Source of the DNA: Takakia lepidozioides
Lineage: Eukaryota > Plantae > Bryophyta
DNA length: 64,000 bases
Assembly (NCBI GenBank): GCA_030704615.1
Contig: CM060731.1
Span: 85,126,001-85,190,000, forward strand
Direction: 5' to 3'
Shown: piece after piece, positions 1-11,120 of the stretch
Layout: each line of letters begins with the position of its first letter
Numbering within the stretch: the first letter of the stretch is position 1
Notes under the pieces: model-generated
The model's input: the letters and a program-made list of their open reading frames with translations, nothing else
The model's database searches: none
Told to the model about the DNA's origin: nothing
Translations under genes and position numbers: made by a program

Positions 1-228
1 GCCAGTGGAAGACCTCTGCTTTGTTGTGACAGCCGGGTTTATGATGGCTTATGTGAGAGACACACGTCTGTTTTCCAGGCCCTAGTTTGCTTTGCTTACC
101 TTATGGTAGTTGGAAACAAAATGAGAGGCTGCAAGGAACTGTTTGCTGCAGCTACTCTACTTGAAGAAAAGTGTAATGCTTTCTACGATAGGCTATTTCG
201 GCCCAGCCAGTGGAAGACCTCTGCTTTG

Positions 229-534
229 ATGACCATTTGACCTGCACCACATCAAGGCCAAGATATGGCCAAGTACCCGCCATCCCACCCAGACCTCTGA
301 ATGTGTATCATGATCATGAATGATGGTCAACCAGCATCAGTGGCATACTCTTTGGGTTATGAATAATACTGACATGAACACATTACTGTGCATGGATGTA
401 ATTCTGGATTTTCTAAGCTTGATGATTGATGGATGGTGCCACTGTTAAGTGGCTGATATTTCTGATTATTCTTTCATGACAACGACCCTAGGGGTCCTGT
501 CTTTGTCTTGACATGACAAAAAGTATCTTCCCTC
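229..534. repeat. Dispersed ~300-bp repeat, copy 1 of 3
   Basis: Near-identical to 23731-24031 and to the 5'-shorter copy 42015-42210; all end at ...TATCTTCCCT. Confidence 0.85.
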
Positions 535-544
535 TATCTCCCTC

Positions 545-1110
545 TCTTTTAAGCTCCCGACGAGATGAGTTTAAGGTCAGATGGTGGTGTCAGCTGCAGC
601 ATATGTCCAACACCAGATCTCCTAAGTTAATCGACTTTATATCTTGGAAACAGGACCGCCCACTTACTGTCAAACAGGCTAAGTCCTGGCAGAAGACAAT
701 AGAAGATATTCTCAAGGACTTGGACCTGGAACCGCAAGTCTTCACCCTGCTGGATAAATCTGACTTAGAGGCTGTAGTGTCCAACCATGTCTATTGCCAT
801 GAGATTGTCTGATGAAAATGAAGTTAGGCAAAAAACTTCCCTGAACTTGTTTCCAGCCTATGACATGGGGGAAGACATCTTGGATGACCTCAAGGATCTA
901 CCCACTCTCGGCACTAGACTGAAATTTAATCTTGGGGCAGGAAGCCTTCCTTTGATAAGCAAACAGAAGCAAAGAGGATCGGGAGAGTGCAATTGCCCGT
1001 TGTGTGGGCAACCTGAAGACATTATTCATTTTCTGATACACTGTCCGGGGTTCTCTCACCAAAGAGACGCTCTCTTCAAATCTATCAAGGGAATTGTGCA
1101 TATACCTCTG
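545..1110 (+). pseudogene. Non-LTR (LINE) retrotransposon ORF2 C-terminal fragment
   Basis: Frameshifted ORFs 513-812 and 787-1137 ending in GSLPL...CPLCGQPEDIIHFLIHCP, a CCHC zf-RVT-like motif; cut at 1111 by a TG-starting element. Confidence 0.65.
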
Positions 1111-2969
1111 TGTCAAGTTATTTTACCACTAGTGTGAAACTAGCTAGGAAATAGCTAGCTTTTACATATTGACATTTGGGATTGGCCCAAGTGTCAATCC
1201 AGGGGTCAAGGCAGATTTAGGCCCTGGAGTGGTTATCTTCACGGCAAGCGCGGGAGGCTCATCTTTCTCAAGTTGAGCCTCACCGCGCCTAGCTATGGCG
1301 CCGTAGTGTGGATTCCCCATGGCGTGGGGTGCACTTGGCTTGACTTGTATTTGAGTGATGAGGTTAAATATGCATGAGTTTATGCTTCAGCTTTGTGAGC
1401 TCGCATGAGCTTGTGCTTGTATTCTTCCTCTTTATCACTCGAGAAAGATGAGCTCGTATCTATGTGTGCTAGATACGAGTTAGTTGTAGCACTTGTGGTT
1501 TTTGCTTGAGAATGAGCGAAACCAAGTTGTTATGCAAGGAGCACCGTGGAGCTCTTGGTTGTTAGAAGCGGAGGCGATGTGGGTTACGAGGTGGTAAACC
1601 TTGGCATTCGATCTTCAGCTTCAGAGATGAAAGCACCATACTGTAGGTAATTCCAGAGCACCTTGATGGTTTCAGATTGTGTACATGCATGAGCAAGCAC
1701 GATTGGGAAGAGGACCAGTCAAGAGCAGGTTATAGTGGCTTTGGTGGCAAAGCTGAGAACTGGACTTGGGAATGCGAGCTGTCATTGTGTGAAGGATTGC
1801 AAGACCAAGCGAAAGGGCTGATTTGGCTTGGGGCAAATCAGTGCACTTTGTGGAGTATGGTGAGATTGGGTTTCAATCTCGAGCTTCAGCATTGAGAGGG
1901 CTCTTGTCATGGCGAGAGCAGGGCTGGAACAGGAGCTAAGAGGTGCGGCAAGGCCATGGAATGTGCACCTAGGGTTACAGAGCTTGGAAGAAGAGCTCTT
2001 GCACCACAAGAGAAGTGTCTTGTGGCTGGAAATGTAAGCCTTAGGGTTTCAGGAGCTTGGCAAAGGCTATGGAGTGCTTAGTCTTGTCTTAGAGAGCATC
2101 AAGGAGCCAAGGAGCCAAGATAGGGGCTGATATCTCTTGTGTGAAGAGGTTGCATGTGTGGAGCATGTATTCAGCTCATTGAAGCTTCCATCTTCAAGCT
2201 TGGAGGGCAAGCAAGAAAGAGGGAAGGGCTGACTTCCCTTATGTGAGGGCAATGCATGTGTGGAGCATGCTATCAGCCTGGTGAAGGCTTGCACTTTCAG
2301 GTGTGGAGTGCAAGAAAGGAAGGAAGGGGCTGGTTTCCCTGTAGGGCATGTGGAGCATGCTTTCAGCATGCTGAAGCTTGTATTTTCAGGTTTGTGGGTG
2401 CAAGAAATGAAGCAAAGGAGCTGATTCTTTTATGGTGAGAGTGGGGCATGTGTGGAGCATGCCTTCAGCCCATTGAGGCTCTTGTTTTCAAGCTTTAGAG
2501 AGCTAGAACGGAAGGTCTAGGGCTGGTTTCCACTTGGAGTGAAAGAAAAGCACTTGTAGGGCCTATGTGAGTTGGGGTTTCAACTTCAAGCTTGAAGGGA
2601 GCGCAACTCTTGAAGCAGCAGGTGTAGGGGGCTGGAAGAGGCTCTAAGACAGATGCTATGGCCAAGGAGAGTGCTTGAATGAGTGCTCACAAGGGCTGGG
2701 AACCAGCAAGGCTTGGTTGTTTGTCATTGAGTTTAGTGGCGTGTTTGGGTAGGCTAAGTGAGAAAGAAGGCTTGGTTTGTGGCAACCACCTCATGGCTTA
2801 GGGCTACTATGGTGGTGTGTGGGAGCCGAAAGAGCAAGGATACCTTGCTGATTTCATCACAGCCACCATAGCTCGGTGGAAAGAAGCCTAGAGTCCAAGA
2901 GACACAAACCCTAGCTTGGCGTGGCTAAACCCCTTGGAGAAATGGCTAAACTGCCAGAGCGGCCATGTG

Positions 2970-4110
2970 TGGGGCTGTGACAGGCTGTGGCAAGCTGTGA
3001 CGGGCTTGTCAGGCTGTGGCGAGCTGTGACGGGCTGTGACGGGCTGTGACACGCCGTGGCAAGCTGTGACAGGCTGTGATGGGCTGTGACAGGCTGTGCC
3101 CTGTGCCCTGTGGGGCTGTGACGGGCTGTGTCAGGCTGTGACAGGCTGTGCCCAGTGGCCTTTTGGGGCTGTGACGGGCTGTGCGGGGCTGTGACAGGCT
3201 GTGCCCTCAGGCCTGTGGGGCTGTGACGGGCTGTGACAGGCTGTGCCCATGGCCTTTGGGGCTGTGATGGGCTGTGAGGGGCTGTGACAGGCCGTGCCTG
3301 AGGCCTTTGAGGCTGTGATGGGCTGTGATGGGCTGTGATAGGCTGTGCCCTGTGCCCTGTGGGGCTGTGACGGGCTGTGTCAGGCTGTGACAGGCTGTGC
3401 CCAGTGGCCTTTGGGGCTGTGACGGGCTGTGCGGGGCTGTGACAGGCTGTGCCCTGAGGCCTGTGGGGCTGTGACGGGCTGTGACAGGCTGTGCCCATGG
3501 CCTTTGGGGCTGTGATGGGCTGTGAGGGGCTGTGACAGGCCGTGCCTGAGGCCTTTGGCGGCTGTGACGGGCTGTGACAGGCTGTGGCAAGCTGTGACAG
3601 GCTGTGATGGGCTGTGACAGGCTGTGCCCTGTGCCCTGTGGGGCTGTGATGGGCTGTGATGGGCTGTGACAGGCTGTGCCCTGTGCCCTGTGGGGCTGTG
3701 CGGGGCTGTGACAGGCTGTGCCCTGAGGCCTGTGGGTGACGGGCTGTGACAGGCTGTGCCCATGGCCTTTGGGGCTGTGATGGGCTGTGAGGGGCTGTGA
3801 CAGGCCGTGCCTGAGGCCTTTGCGGCTGTGACGGGCTGTGAGGGGCTGTGACAGGCCATGCCCATGGCCTTTGGGGCTGTGACGGGCTGTGAGGGGCTGT
3901 GATAGGCCGTGCCCGAGGCCTTTGGGGCTGTGACGGGCTGAGAGGGGCTGTGACAGGCCGTGCCTGAGGCCTTTGGGTTGTGACGGGCTGTGAGGGGCTG
4001 TGACAGGCTGTGCCTGAGGCCTTTGAGGCTGTGACGAGCTGTGAGGGGCTGTGACAGGCTGTGCCCATTGGCCTGTGGGACTGTGACGGCTGTGACCAGT
4101 GAGCTGTGTG
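2970..4110. repeat. Minisatellite of ~10-bp GGGCTGTGAC units with higher-order variants
   Basis: Directly visible; produces the spurious repetitive ORFs at 2911-4196. Confidence 0.95.
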
Positions 4111-4591
4111 GGCCTGTGCTGGTCTGTGGTGGCCCGTGTTGACCTGTGGATGGCCTGTGCTGACTCGTGAGGCACTGGTGGACTAAGGACTGGCATGTGG
4201 TCTGGAAGGCCGAATTTTGAAGCTCGTGGAGGGCGGTTTGAGGAGTATCTTCATGATATTCCCATGGTCATGCAAGTTCAGGTGTAGGCTATGTTAGGAA
4301 CTTAGTATTCCAACCATAAGCCGCAACAGGTTCTCTACCCGGTTACCTTGTGGAGAGGGGGTTAGGGACATGTTCATGACCGGTTGAGTGTCAACACGGA
4401 GGTGCCACTAGTTGCTGGGGACAGTGCCGGTTCGAGCACTAGCGATACTAGTGGGTACACGAGACGAGGTGTGCGGTTTAGGCCACCTTCACCTCCTGTG
4501 TCTTCCACGGAAGGTTCTGATTCGGATTGTGAATCAGGAGGGCTCATACCGGCGGTGCAAGTTGTTTTCTTTGCCATTATTGTGGGACACA

Positions 4592-5800
4592 ATGGAGGAG
4601 ATGTATGGAGCTACCAAGGGGCCACGAAGGTACTCTGGGGCGGTGGGCACCATTGAGTTGGATGATTTTATCCAAGAGTTTGATAGTTGGTGTGATTTGC
4701 AGCAAATGCGCAATCCACAACTATTTACGCCGTTCATGGCATGGAAAGGGCTGTTTCAGCACCTTGAGGGGCCGCCTATGGATGATTACCATGAGTTCAG
4801 GCGGGGGCATGAGGTTGAGATCGAGGAGTGGAGGATGTACTGGTCACCCGACTATGTCTCCATCACTAGGGGCACTAGAGCCACGAGGGCAGTGGCTACA
4901 CCTGCCGCTGCACCGGCAGCTTCAGCAAGCAGCAGTTGAACTGGTGGTACAGTAGCTACGACGTCCACCCAAGCCACTACCGCACCAGCACTAGCACCCG
5001 TGCCTGCCTTCAACCCTGTGTGGAGTTCTTCGAAGAGTTGAAGGGAACTACCCAAGGGTGAGGACAGAGAAGTTGGCGAGCTTGCAAGAGTTCCAACGGA
5101 AGCCGACCGAGAGCTTGAGGGAGGCTTTCACTCGCATGAGGCGCTTGATAAATGTAACCCAAGGGGTTACGGAAGCTCAGCAGTCCAATTCTGGTATGGG
5201 ATATTGGACAATGAGCTGAGGAGAAAGGGTGCGGGATGCAACTCTCCTACAAGCGGCCCAACCCACCCTAGCAAATGTGTTTTTGCTGGCAAGCGGATAG
5301 AGCTCAACATGGTGAGGAACGAGTGGTCATGGTGGGATTTGCTAATGAGACACCACGGGGTAGTATGCTCCTAGCCAACCACTACCTCAACGTGCTCAAG
5401 GCAACAAGGGGGCTCAGGTGAAGCTCAGGGAAGGCAGAGAGGACCTCAAATGCAGGCTCTCCTTCATTTGCTGGCCAACAACGGGCGGATGTGGTGTGCT
5501 GGACATGTGGAGGACCCCATGTCAAGAAGATTGCCCCGAGGGAGGCAAAGGGTCGGCACATGCACAGCCTGCACAGTTGCAGTGTGGGCATTGTGGCAAG
5601 CACCGGCATGGAGAGGCCCAGTGTTATAGTTTGCACCTGAGTTGCGCCCAGGCGAGTTCCAAGGGAACAATGGTGGCCGGGGCAAGGTGGAGCAGCCCAG
5701 AGAGGACGAGGTGGCCAGCCACGGTGCAGGCCAGGGCAAACTCAACGTGGCCAAGGACGAGGTCAGGGTGTTGACCAAGGCATGGCCAACCGGCTTCAGC
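4592..5800 (+). pseudogene. gag: Retrotransposon Gag with two zinc knuckles (frameshifted)
   Basis: MEEMYGATKGPRRYSG...LDDFIQEFDSW; LQEFQRKPTESLREAFTRMRRL (MHR-like); CWTCGGPH...C and CGHCGKHRHGEAQC. Confidence 0.75.
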
Positions 5801-6519
5801 AGCTAGAGCAGAGGCTCGCTGCCATGGCTACAGCTCAGGTGTTACCGCTCTAAGCCGGATGGTCCACCTCCTGCTCCTGGGGAGGGATATGGGAGGCATG
5901 GGATTCATGTGTGAGCAGCACTACCACTAGTGCAGGTGGAGTCTGCTGCAGCCGTTGACTCGAGAGCAGCACGAGTTCCTGAGCCACGAGGTTGCAGAGG
6001 TGGAGTTGGATCCACAGCGTGGGGGGCAGCCGTCAGGCTAGCTTTCCTCAGTCATTCACATTGGCGGAGACAGTGTCGACGCCACCCTGGCACCTAGTTC
6101 TCGCCCGACTATTACCGAGGCGGAGGTTACTATGCCATTGGAGAGCTACACGGGCAGCACCACTACCTAGTGTTGCCAAGGCTACGGCAGCTAGTGTGGC
6201 TGTTAGGAGCGGCCACATCTGTGTGCCAGGCTCCATTGTTCTCGGCTACCATGATTGCGACGCCGGGGGTAAGACCAGCGAGGTGTTCAGGCTGGCAGCT
6301 ACACTCTGTGAGAGTGGGATGTTACTTCACTTCTTCTGCGGAGATAGTGGAGGTGTAGTGCCGGAGGGATCCTCGGATTTGAGGGTCAAGACTGCCACGT
6401 CGGCGCCATGGCAAGCTGCAGCTGCCAGGTGATGGAGCTGCCAGCTAGGCCAGCCATTGAGCGCGCCATGGTGACACCTAGAGTTGTCATGTTAGACAAC
6501 CAGGATGGCATTTTCTGTT

Positions 6520-6920
6520 TGAGTGGACCGGCAGGCAAGAGGTACCGGCCACTGCGAGTCTTGTTGGACTCGGGAGCTCAGCCCTGATGCTGGGCAGAGC
6601 TGCTATTGCAGGCTTGGGCCTCACGAGGCGGATATGGAGCCTTGTCCTTTCCAATACAGACGTCTCGGGAGGATCGGAGCAGGCTCGGGGCATGACACGG
6701 CATGAGTTGGCTATCAGACTACGGCCGGATCACCCTACAGATGGCTCAGTGATGCGAGCCAAGGCCATTGTGACAGACCAGTCTCATACATGTCCTGGTT
6801 GGTGGGGCAGTGTTGTACCCCATGGCTTCACCCTGGATTTTTGGGAGGAGTCAGCTTCCTATAGGCCTGCATGGCAGTCAGGGGAGGGCCGGCGTGCGCA
6901 GCTCCCTGTGACGTTCATAG
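6520..6920 (+). pseudogene. Retropepsin aspartic protease (frameshifted)
   Basis: VLLDSGAQP at ~6558-6585; later LDFWEESASYRPAW. Confidence 0.7.
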
Positions 6921-7269
6921 GAGGAGTTGCGGTTGCCCAGCGAGGCAAGATGCCGACACTAGCAGCATTCACGCGGCAGTGAGTTGGCCTAGAGAGTTGC
7001 TTGAGGGCAATGCTCATTCAGAGGATGTACCACCTCCGGGAGAGCAGGATGAAACATGTATGGTATGGCGGAGTTGCCTACCATGGTTGCTCAGACTCCA
7101 TTGTGGGCACGAGCAAGGATTTGCAGCGGGGATGCGATCGACAGGTGTACAAGCCTGGGTGGAGGCTTTTGTACCGTCAGGAGAGGAGGAGAGTGTGGGG
7201 ATTGCACCAGGACCACCTCATTGTCTCCATTGGACACCACACCCTATTGTGTGGCAGTCTCCGGATAAG

Positions 7270-8240
7270 GCATTTGTCTTCTGGACTTGTTTGGCGGGAT
7301 CAGCACCGGATTGGCTGCTGTGTTACAGGCAGGTGTACGAGTTCGGCGTTACCTGTATGTGAGAGGATGAGACTGCACGACGCGTTTCACTTTGCCATGT
7401 TGCTTAGTTGGCAGCGTACCCTGATTGTTGTTCGGTGTCTGCATTCGTTGGATATCAGCAGGCCTTGCCAGCAGACATTTCGTTGCTGGGGGGCGCAGGA
7501 TTTGGAGCGGGTTGGCTCATTGATCTGGTAGTGGCAGGTTGGCCCTGCCAAGGGCATTCATCAGCGGGCATGGCAATGGATTGCGAGACTCGAGGTCGGG
7601 TCTGTTTTGGGAGATGGTGCGGGTTTTTGCGCCACTTGCAGCTTCATCAAGCGTTATCTCCAGCATACATCTTGGAGAATGTGCCACTGATGGCGATTCT
7701 CGGGCCAGGGTGATGGCCAGTGTGCATCAAGTCCGGTCGTGGCTTGGGTCAGCAGTGTTGCTGGATGCCTACAGTGGGGTCACGGGCTCATCGTCCACGG
7801 CTATGGTGGACTAACATGATGCCACCCGCACTGCTCAAGCGTGCATTTGATGGGTTGCAGCGGCCAGCACATCTCACAGTGTAACATTCTGGACACAGGG
7901 AGGCAGTCTCAACGTGTGAGACAACGATGACGCGTTCGCCTTTGGCAGTGGTCAACAAGGTGGGTCAACCACAAGCAGCATTACCTATACTGCTCAGCTT
8001 CCCAGGATCGCATGCTTCCCGGATAGTGGACCTGGCCTCCTGTGGGATGCTCAGTTGCAGCAGTTAGTGGAGCCTTATGCTGACGAGCGTGAGCGGCAAT
8101 GGGTTTTACCACTGGTACCACGGCGGTGTCGTCTCTTGCTGAGGCATCACGTCGTCAAGTGTTTGGGGCAAGCAATGGATCTCAATTGCTTGACCTGGAT
8201 TATCAGCTTGGCTCTAGCTGAGCAACGCAGAGTGCGGAAT
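7270..8240 (+). pseudogene. C5 cytosine DNA methyltransferase domain inside the retrotransposon polyprotein
   Basis: Motif I LDLFGGISTG (7281); IV DLVVAGWPCQG (~7520-7555); DSRSGLFWEMVRV; VI YILENVP (~7667); VIII GSRAHRPRLWWTN; IX EPYADERER; X LGQAMDLN. Correct order, several frameshifts. Confidence 0.9.
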
Positions 8241-8370
8241 ACACTTCCCTCAATGTCTCTCGGCCTCCGAGACTGTACAGGTCAGTGAGTGGGGGCGAGC
8301 ATATGTAGGACCACGGGTGCATGCATCCATGGCACACTTTGGAGGTGCTCGAGGTTCAGAGGGAGTTGCA

Positions 8371-8870
8371 NNNNNNNNNNNNNNNNNNNNNNNNNNNNNN
8401 NNNNNNNNNNNNNNNNNNNNNNNNNNNNNNNNNNNNNNNNNNNNNNNNNNNNNNNNNNNNNNNNNNNNNNNNNNNNNNNNNNNNNNNNNNNNNNNNNNNN
8501 NNNNNNNNNNNNNNNNNNNNNNNNNNNNNNNNNNNNNNNNNNNNNNNNNNNNNNNNNNNNNNNNNNNNNNNNNNNNNNNNNNNNNNNNNNNNNNNNNNNN
8601 NNNNNNNNNNNNNNNNNNNNNNNNNNNNNNNNNNNNNNNNNNNNNNNNNNNNNNNNNNNNNNNNNNNNNNNNNNNNNNNNNNNNNNNNNNNNNNNNNNNN
8701 NNNNNNNNNNNNNNNNNNNNNNNNNNNNNNNNNNNNNNNNNNNNNNNNNNNNNNNNNNNNNNNNNNNNNNNNNNNNNNNNNNNNNNNNNNNNNNNNNNNN
8801 NNNNNNNNNNNNNNNNNNNNNNNNNNNNNNNNNNNNNNNNNNNNNNNNNNNNNNNNNNNNNNNNNNNNNN
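8371..8870. other. Assembly gap (500 N)
   Basis: Run of N; adjacency across it is unverified. Confidence 1.
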
Positions 8871-9022
8871 TGGGGATGGGACTTCTCGTCTCGAGTGGGC
8901 TATAGGTCCCCACCTGACACTTACTGCCCATTAGTTTGCATGGCAGGGAAGGAAACTGAAACGGCTACATTCATGGAGTAGCCAATCATCATCCGTGAGG
9001 TTCCTGTCGGGGGGAAATTTAA

Positions 9023-9722
9023 ATGTGCCCTGGAGTGTTTGTGAGGAATTGCAGCGTTTTGCTGAATTTCTTGCAGCCACCGCGTTGCTGCCTCCTCCAT
9101 CCGGGAGCTGCTGTCGTTGAGAGTACTCCGCTATCTTTTTCAAGGATGCCGTGCCGCCGAAATCCTGCTGACTGCCCTTATCATGGCCAGGATATGCTAT
9201 GTTCAAACCAGAATCAGGAGACATTCATTGTCTGGCTCTTTGTTTTCACAGACGCTTCTGGAATCAAGCGGGAGTCTTTGCGCGCAATGGGAGTATCTGG
9301 GAGGGCTATTACCGCTTTGAGCGAGGGTGAGGGCGAGGGTCAATGCGGCCGTGGGTCCTGAAAATTGTTGACCTCGATATACCAAGGTGGAATGGGATGC
9401 CGACAGATCAGCACGGCTTCACTTGGCGCTGGAACTGCTGCCAGTGGACCAAGGAGGACGGCACCGGGGAAAACTATATTCGTGGAGTTCACTCCGCTTT
9501 TCCAGTGTATGGAGACATTCGGCTGAGTGCGAAGACGAATCGCACGGGCACAGGAGGCCCCAAGTGACCTTGTCAATGTATGATGGTGGTATAATTGATG
9601 GGCATGACATTGTCGTCAGCTCCACCAAGGGCACCAGATCGACCGCATTGCAGTTTACCTCGAGGTGCCGCATCAGTAATGAGCTTGTTTTGAGGGCTAT
9701 CGAAGTTCCGTCGACTTGGTGA
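9023..9722 (+). pseudogene. Unknown Cys/Trp-rich protein (frameshifted copy of 55567-56145)
   Basis: MPCRRNPADCPY...WRWNCCQWT...YGDIRL...YDGGIIDGHDIVV split across frames. Confidence 0.7.
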
Positions 9723-10079
9723 CGCCCATGTAGAAGGAGGAAGGGCTTAGATTTGTCTGGAGTTCCTAAATGTGACACACCGTGTTCGATCAATAAAACA
9801 ACCCATCGTACCTCACTTCTGTGTGCTTGTGTTTCATCGTTCTCAAGAACTGCCGTAATTGGCCCACTGTTTACAATTTGAGGTCTCATTTCTACAATGT
9901 GTCTGTCCATATGAATGTACCAGAGTCAGCGATATCAGAGTCCTGAGGTGAAGAAAATCCATCTATAGTAGAGTAAAAGGAAACATGTACACGCCGAAGC
10001 TCGGAAATTCGGCACAACATTTCATTTTGCTCCATGCAGCGATTTCTAGCAGCTCCATTTCCTCCGTTGTCGTCGTAAC

Positions 10080-10986
10080 GGAAATGTTGTATAGCATTTC
10101 ATTTCCTAACATGGCATTACCATACTTCGAATTTGAAATGTGGCGCCGCATTTCCATATTGGACCTTGAATTGTCCGAGCATGTCCAGTTGCTAATGCTT
10201 GTCCATGTCCATACTTGAAATGCGCCACCGCATTTCCATGTCCGTCATCGAAATTTCGTACCGGACAATGAAATGCGGCACAACATTTCCGGAGAGCACA
10301 ATGGAATGCGGTGCCGCATTTCCGTCGAAGGGTCTGGATTGGACAAACAACGATGTCCGTTCTGGAAATGCGGCACCACATTTCCATGTCCGTCATCAAA
10401 ATATCGTATTGGACAATGGAATGCGGTGCCGCATTTCCGTCCATGAAGACGGAATGCCCACACGGGTTTGGAATTGGACAAACAACGATGTCTGTTTTGG
10501 AAATGCGGCGCCGCATTTTCATTTTGGGCAATCGAAAGTTTTTATAGGACAATGTAAGTTTTTATAGGACGACGGAATGCGGTGCCGCATTTCCGTCAAA
10601 GGGTCTGGAATTGGACAAACAACAATGTCCGTTTTGGAAATGCGGCGCCGCATTTCCATGTACGTCATCGAAATTTCTTATTGGACAATGGAATGCGGTG
10701 CCGCATTCCCGTCTAGCATCATGGAATGGGGAGCCGCATTTCCGTCGATGGGTCTGCAGTTGGAAAAATGTCCATCTCCAAAAGGTAAATGCGGCACCGC
10801 ATTTCCATGTTCGACCTCCGCATTTCCATTTACCTCCATGGAAGGAGCTGGCAATCGGCAAAACTGCCGTGTCGGAAACGGAAATGCGGCACCGCATTTC
10901 CGTTTGTCACGAACAGTTTCTGATGTCCAAACCATGAAACGGAAAAATGTTCTGCCCCGGTTTTGGAAATGCGGTGCCGCATTTCA
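10080..10986. repeat. Palindrome array 1 (~16 copies of GGAAATGCGG-NN-CCGCATTTCC)
   Basis: Counted by eye; spacings 54,82,53,33,62,53,33,49,74,63,53,33,63,95,85 bp. Confidence 0.9.
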
Positions 10987-11120
10987 GATTTTGGGAGGGA
11001 CCAGGTTTGGACGATGTTGTCGTTGAGAGCAAATGGAGAGGGGACATGAAGGACGGGGAGAATTTCCTTTATATACTTTGGAATAGAATTTAAATGTACA
11101 GAGAGTTCATTAAAATTCTA

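Larger units (their letters stand above)
1111..8370 (+). mobile_element. Decayed Ty3/Gypsy-type LTR retrotransposon (gag-protease-DNMT), runs into the N gap
   Basis: Begins TGTCA at 1111 (possible LTR end ...GGACA at 4370); gag, zinc knuckles, DSG protease and C5-MTase follow in order; RT/IN not visible before the gap. Confidence 0.7.

Noticed and set aside
229-475. C/D-box snoRNA cluster (TGATGA...CTGA motifs)
   Set aside because: Boxes are not conserved in copy 2, and I could not identify an rRNA-complementary guide
2911-4196. Long Pro/Ser/His-rich ORFs
   Set aside because: Translations of a 10-bp minisatellite, open in several frames
4371-4395. tRNA primer-binding site after the putative LTR end
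   Set aside because: No TGG-starting PBS, so the LTR boundary at 4370 remains uncertain
8289-8981. ORFs spanning the N run
   Set aside because: Gap artefacts
10106-11026. Many ORFs with MRRRIS / GNAAPHF / KCGAAF repeats (also 16630-18297 and 54196-55355)
   Set aside because: Six-frame readings of the DNA palindrome, symmetric on both strands
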